Below, one piece after another: positions 28,341-32,000 of a stretch of 32,000 bases of DNA (position 1 is its first letter; each line of letters begins with the position of its first letter). The notes below the pieces were generated by a model. The model had not been told where the DNA came from. It was given only the letters and a program-made list of their open reading frames with translations, and did not search any database. Both the position numbers and the translations under genes were made by a program. Origin of the DNA: Geobacter sulfurreducens PCA (GTDB lineage: Bacteria > Desulfobacterota > Desulfuromonadia > Geobacterales > Geobacteraceae); contig NC_002939.5 of the NCBI RefSeq assembly GCF_000007985.2, positions 2,490,001-2,522,000 on the forward strand, written 5' to 3'.

Positions 28341-29789
28341 ATGAGGATGAAAACGGGAGCAGTCATCGCAGCATCAGCCATCACAATGGCCGCCATCAGT
28401 GCCTTTGCCGGCGCGGATCACGCGGAATTCGTGAAGGGCCCCTTCAAGACCGGCCAGGACGTGACCAAGGCTTGTCTCGAATGCCACTCCGAGGCCGGGG
28501 ATCAGGTTCTTTCCTCTTCCCACTGGAAATGGAAGGGACCGCCGAAGCTGGTGAAGGGCTTGGAGAAAAGCAAGGTAGAGTACGGCAAGGCGAACCTGAT
28601 CAATAATTTCTGCATCTCCATCGAGGGTGGCGACCGGTGCGACAACCAGGAGTTCTGCGCCAAATGTCATCCGAGCTATGGCTGGACCGACAATACGTTC
28701 GACTTTACCAATAAGAACAACATCGACTGTCTCGTGTGCCACACCAGCGACCGGCAGTACAAGAAGGGGCTGGCCGGGCAGCCGGATCCCAAGGCCATTG
28801 CGGCCGGCAAGCTCGACCTGGAGAAGGCGGCCCAGAAAGTAGGCAAGCCGGGGCTTGCGAACTGCGGAGTCTGCCACTTCTACGGCGGCGGCGGAGACGC
28901 GGTGAAGCACGGCGATCTCGACTCGACCATGGAGAAGCCCAAGCGCGATCATGACGTCCACATGGGCACCACCGACAGCGGCGGGCTGGGCATGACGTGC
29001 CAGCAGTGCCACAAGACGAGCCACCACCAGATCGCCGGCGCCTCCACCTTCCTGGCCACCTACTCGGAACGCGTTGCGTGCGAGGACTGCCATACCGGCG
29101 CCAATGCTCCTCACCAGAAGTCGAAAAACGGCGCCCTCATCAACCGCCACCTGGCCACGGTTGCCTGCCAGACCTGCCACATTCCGGTCTTCGCCAAGGG
29201 ACAGGCCACCAAGATGAGCTGGGACTGGTCAGACGTGGGCAAGGATATCGAAGCCGGCGAGCAGTTCGACAAGGAGACCTTCATGAAGCACAAGGGAACC
29301 TTTATCTGGGGCAAAGATGTCGTTCCGACCTATACCTGGTATAACGGGACCATTGAGCGCTACCTGAAAGGGCAGAAGATCAAGGACCCCTCAAAGGTGG
29401 TCAACATCTCCAGGCCGCTGGGTGACATCACCGACAAGAAAGCCAAGATTTTCCCCTTTAAGGTCCATACGGGCAAGCAGCCCATGGATTCGCTCAGCAA
29501 CTGCCTCCTGATCCCCCAGACCCACAATGCGCTCTGGAAGGACTATGACTGGGAGAACGCCCTGAAAAAAGGCGCCAAGGGATCCCAAGTCCCCTACAGC
29601 GGCAAGTACCAGTTCGTGAAGACCGCCTTCTACGGCAGCATCAACCATGAGGTGGCGACCCGGGACAAGGCGCTGCAATGCGGCGAGTGCCACATGGGGG
29701 GTACCCGGATGAACTGGAAGGCCCTGGGATATAAAGGGGACCCGATGCAAACCGGCGGACGCTTCGCAAAGACGGCTGCAAAGAAATAG
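28341..29789 (+). CDS. Octaheme c-type cytochrome, tetrathionate reductase (OTR) family
   Basis: Signal peptide MRMKTGAVIAASAITMAAISAFA. Eight CXXCH motifs (CLECH, CAKCH, CLVCH, CGVCH, CQQCH, CEDCH, CQTCH, CGECH). Segments I recall from Shewanella OTR: NCGVCHFYGGGGDAVKHGDLD, VACQTCHIP.FAK, IFPFKVHTGKQ, ALGYKGDPM. Confidence 0.85.
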   Translation: MRMKTGAVIAASAITMAAISAFAGADHAEFVKGPFKTGQDVTKACLECHSEAGDQVLSSSHWKWKGPPKLVKGLEKSKVEYGKANLINNFCISIEGGDRCDNQEFCAKCHPSYGWTDNTFDFTNKNNIDCLVCHTSDRQYKKGLAGQPDPKAIAAGKLDLEKAAQKVGKPGLANCGVCHFYGGGGDAVKHGDLDSTMEKPKRDHDVHMGTTDSGGLGMTCQQCHKTSHHQIAGASTFLATYSERVACEDCHTGANAPHQKSKNGALINRHLATVACQTCHIPVFAKGQATKMSWDWSDVGKDIEAGEQFDKETFMKHKGTFIWGKDVVPTYTWYNGTIERYLKGQKIKDPSKVVNISRPLGDITDKKAKIFPFKVHTGKQPMDSLSNCLLIPQTHNALWKDYDWENALKKGAKGSQVPYSGKYQFVKTAFYGSINHEVATRDKALQCGECHMGGTRMNWKALGYKGDPMQTGGRFAKTAAKK

Positions 29790-29803
29790 ATCGTTTCGTA
29801 CCG

Positions 29804-29834
29804 GAGGGCGGCCCATGGCCGCCCTCTTTCATTT
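29804..29834 (+). terminator. Rho-independent terminator after the octaheme cytochrome gene
   Basis: GAGGGCGGCC CAT GGCCGCCCTC followed by TTTCATTT. A perfect 10-bp stem starting 15 nt after the stop codon. Confidence 0.75.
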
Positions 29835-30030
29835 CCGCACCTCTTCAACCAACCCGCTTCCCACCCGCAAGGCCGCTACAACCGGCATTACCCTGCCAAA
29901 ACATCACTACCAGAGGCCTTTCCAGTGCTAAGCGGCCGACCAATTAGCGAAGTTATTTAAACGGCTTCAGCGGCATCGAGCGCCCTTGTTCTTGACAAAA
30001 ATTATCATAATGTTGTACAAGATTATCTGT

Positions 30031-30390
30031 ATGCGTACCGTGAGTATTTTCCATACCTGCCTTGCGGCAGTTCTGGCGACTGTCATTTTCATCTTCTCCA
30101 CCGTCGGGTTCGGCGTGGCATGCCAACTGGTCGTCCCCAAGGTGGTCGACTCGTCCCACCATTACCACACTGACCGGCTCTGCCCCGCCGACAGCGAACG
30201 GAACGACGGCAGCTCGACTCCGGCATCCGAATGCCCCTTGGCCCACGGAGACCTGCCCCCCTGCTGCGCGGATGAGACGATCCTTCCGGCCTATTGTCCG
30301 TCCTTCGCCCTGCTCGATGTTCACGACCCCCTGAGAGCACCGCCCCAGGTCTACCTTGACTGGTTTGTCCCGCCCCAGAATCAGACCTGA
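30031..30390 (+). CDS. Small Cys/His-rich membrane-anchored hypothetical protein (about 119 aa)
   Basis: MRTVSIFHTCLAAVLATVIFIFSTVGFGVA hydrophobic N-terminus, then SSHHYHTDRLCP...ECPLAHGDLPPCCADE...YCPSF. No clear SD at any candidate start (TTG 29986, ATG 30010, ATG 30031), so the start and even coding status are uncertain. Confidence 0.4.
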   Translation: MRTVSIFHTCLAAVLATVIFIFSTVGFGVACQLVVPKVVDSSHHYHTDRLCPADSERNDGSSTPASECPLAHGDLPPCCADETILPAYCPSFALLDVHDPLRAPPQVYLDWFVPPQNQT

Positions 30391-30393
30391 AGC

Positions 30394-30499
30394 GAATCAG
30401 CCTTTGGTGCCGTAACGTTCAGACCGGCCATGGGTCCATCGGGCCTGGTCAGATCAAGGCGGCACCAGCCGCCGGTATGTCGCCGGCCGAAGCTGATTC
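30394..30499. other. Nested-helix (Y-shaped) GC-rich element: candidate structured RNA or repeat, unclassified
   Basis: Four compatible pairings: GAATCAGC (30394..30401) with GCTGATTC (30492..30499); TGGTGCCG (30405..30412) with CGGCACCA (30460..30467); CAGACCGGCC (30420..30429) with GGCCTGGTCAG (30442..30452, one bulge and one mismatch); GCCGG (30471..30475) with CCGGC (30483..30487). Confidence 0.25.
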
Positions 30500-30620
30500 A
30501 CCGTTTCTCCCCGTCCCTGTCAACCGATAGTGCGCTCGGCCGTTCTTTATCATTAATTTCGGCCGCAACAGCATTCCGGGAAACCGTCCGCCGCGGTCCC
30601 GGGACAACGGAGGTGCAACG

Positions 30621-31409
30621 ATGCTTACTACAGATTCCCTTAAACGTCTCTGGATTTTCTCTTTCGACCGGACGCTCACCGCTGCCGGGGCCTGCTACTC
30701 AAAGGCACGCCTGCACCGGGTGACACGCCAGTTTCTGGAAGAACTCGCCGCGCTTCCCGGCCACCGGGTTGCCGTTCTGTCCAGCCGTCCCCTTGACGAT
30801 CTCGTTTCCCGCGTGCCGATCGAGGGCATTTACCTCGGCGGCAGCTGCGGAACCGAATGGCACATACCCGGCGGTGAATCAATGACCCTTTCGGGCAAGC
30901 CCAAGGACATGCTGATGGAAACCCGCGATGCCCTGTTGCCGACACTGCGGGAAGTCGCCGACCTGCCGGGCGTGGAACTGGAGGACCGGCGCTGGTCCGC
31001 GGCACTCCACACGCAGGAGGCAAACACCAAGGCACGCCAGACGCTCTTCGCCCGGCTCGCTGCCGTTCTTAAGGGGTGGAGAGTGGCCCTTTACCGGAAT
31101 ACCACCATGGTGGAGATCCAGTTTCTTCCCGAGATCACCATGGCATTCGGCGCTCAGGCACTGTGCCGGTTCCTGGGATATCGCGGAGACGTGGTCTGCG
31201 CCGGCAGTGACGAGAACGATGCCACGGCACTGCGCTGGGCCCTCAATCAGGGGGGAACGGCGCTCAGCCTCGGCAGGGACCCGCTCGTGCCGGGGGCGCG
31301 GCCGGTAGTGGACGTGAGGTCCCTGGCCCGTCACGTTCGCGACCTGGCGGGAATCGACGAGCACCATCGGACGAGAATGGCGGGGCGCAGGCTCTGCAAT
31401 GCCGCATAG
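30621..31409 (+). CDS. HAD-IIB superfamily protein, trehalose-phosphatase (OtsB)-like, with a non-canonical motif I
   Basis: GGAGG lies 7 nt upstream of the ATG. Motif II-like VAVLSSR, motif IV-like CAGSDENDATAL, cap-like middle region. Motif I reads IFSFDRTLT instead of DxDGT. Confidence 0.6.
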   Translation: MLTTDSLKRLWIFSFDRTLTAAGACYSKARLHRVTRQFLEELAALPGHRVAVLSSRPLDDLVSRVPIEGIYLGGSCGTEWHIPGGESMTLSGKPKDMLMETRDALLPTLREVADLPGVELEDRRWSAALHTQEANTKARQTLFARLAAVLKGWRVALYRNTTMVEIQFLPEITMAFGAQALCRFLGYRGDVVCAGSDENDATALRWALNQGGTALSLGRDPLVPGARPVVDVRSLARHVRDLAGIDEHHRTRMAGRRLCNAA

Positions 31410-31441
31410 CAGTCGTGCATGGCTGACTGAAAGGATAGGAT

Positions 31442-32000
31442 TTGAGAAAAAGGATCAACCTGCTGCGTGAATTTTCGGTGCCTCTGATCGCCGGTGTCGT
31501 GGTGGCCCTGCTCTGGGCCAACCTCGACCCGGCCGGCTACCACTCTTTCATAGAACAGCCCTTCTTCGGTGGGATGAGCTTCCACTTCGTGGTGAATGAG
31601 CTGTTCATGGTCCTTTTTTTCGGAATAGCGGCAGTTGAAATAACTCAAAGCTGCCTGCCGGGCGGCGATCTGAATCCGTTGAGAAAGGCGGTCAATCCGC
31701 TTCTGGCGACTCTTGGAGGGGTCGTCGGCCCGGTGCTCGTCTACCTGGGACTCAACGCCATCATCGGTGGTCCGGAACTGACGCGCGGCTGGGGTATCCC
31801 CACCGCCACCGATATCGCGCTGGCATGGCTGGTAGCCCGGCTCGTCTTCGGAGCCGGGCATCCCGCGGTATCGTTTCTGCTTCTGCTGGCGGTAGCGGAC
31901 GATGCCATAGGACTTGCCATCATTGCCGTATTCTATCCCGACCCGAACCACCCGACCGAGCCGATCTGGCTTTTCCTGACGGTCGCCGGCATGGTTGTCG
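31442..32000 (+). CDS. nhaA: Na+/H+ antiporter NhaA, 5' part (continues past the right edge)
   Basis: Not in the ORF track. The frame opens after TAG 31436..31438, with TTG start 31442 and AAGGA upstream. It reads (M)RKRINLLREFSVPLIAGVVVALLWANL...FVVNELFMVLFFGIAAVEI...GWGIPTATDIALAWLV...LLLLAVADDAIGLAIIAVFY, a typical NhaA signature. The antisense track ORF 31331..31951 is spurious. Confidence 0.85.
   Translation, partial: MRKRINLLREFSVPLIAGVVVALLWANLDPAGYHSFIEQPFFGGMSFHFVVNELFMVLFFGIAAVEITQSCLPGGDLNPLRKAVNPLLATLGGVVGPVLVYLGLNAIIGGPELTRGWGIPTATDIALAWLVARLVFGAGHPAVSFLLLLAVADDAIGLAIIAVFYPDPNHPTEPIWLFLTVAGMVV

Noticed and set aside
29991-30030. TTGACA followed by CATAAT / TAATGT / TACAAG as a promoter for the small Cys/His-rich ORF.
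   Set aside because: The spacings to the possible -10 hexamers are 10 to 23 nt. Only the weak TACAAG falls at 18 nt. This is too ambiguous to report as a feature.

Overview
This is a high-GC bacterial chromosomal window. Its composition, c-type multiheme cytochromes, HDOD protein and Cache/PAS kinases suggest a Geobacter-like Desulfuromonadota genome (inference only). I found no rRNA, tRNA or CRISPR array.

Layout:
- 1-12.9 kb: one tightly packed minus-strand housekeeping string. In transcription order it runs 7TM-HD hydrolase, ybeY, DgkA-PAP2 fusion, corC, lnt, prfB, SPOR-NlpC/P60 lipoprotein, DUF1015, EVE, FKBP, DUF4139, then an RCC1-repeat lipoprotein that runs off the left edge.
- 5722-7072: a 1351-bp two-ORF rve/DDE insertion sequence splits lnt. 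It has imperfect terminal inverted repeats and a perfect 14-bp flanking duplication. Removing it in silico restores the lnt frame.
- prfB carries the canonical +1 programmed frameshift (CTT TGA C). Its first 23 codons are therefore missing from the ORF track.
- 13-21 kb: eno, a histidine kinase plus single-domain response regulator, pncB-pncA, a class I DAHP synthase and alanine dehydrogenase.
- 21.2-31.4 kb: more accessory in character, with AT-rich intergenic stretches. It holds a small membrane protein, a 6-heme cytochrome, a membrane-anchored hypothetical, an HDOD-only protein, a dCache-HAMP-PAS histidine kinase with no adjacent response regulator, a secreted all-helical hypothetical, a divergently transcribed octaheme OTR-family cytochrome, a Cys/His-rich small membrane protein, a nested-helix non-coding element, and a trehalose-phosphatase-like HAD protein with an atypical motif I.
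- Right edge: an nhaA gene with a TTG start, also absent from the ORF track.

Most worth follow-up: the IS-disrupted lnt and its possible polar effect on essential prfB, the orphan-sensor/OTR cytochrome neighbourhood, and the unexplained structured element at 30394-30499. All family calls come from motif recognition by eye. No database search was run.
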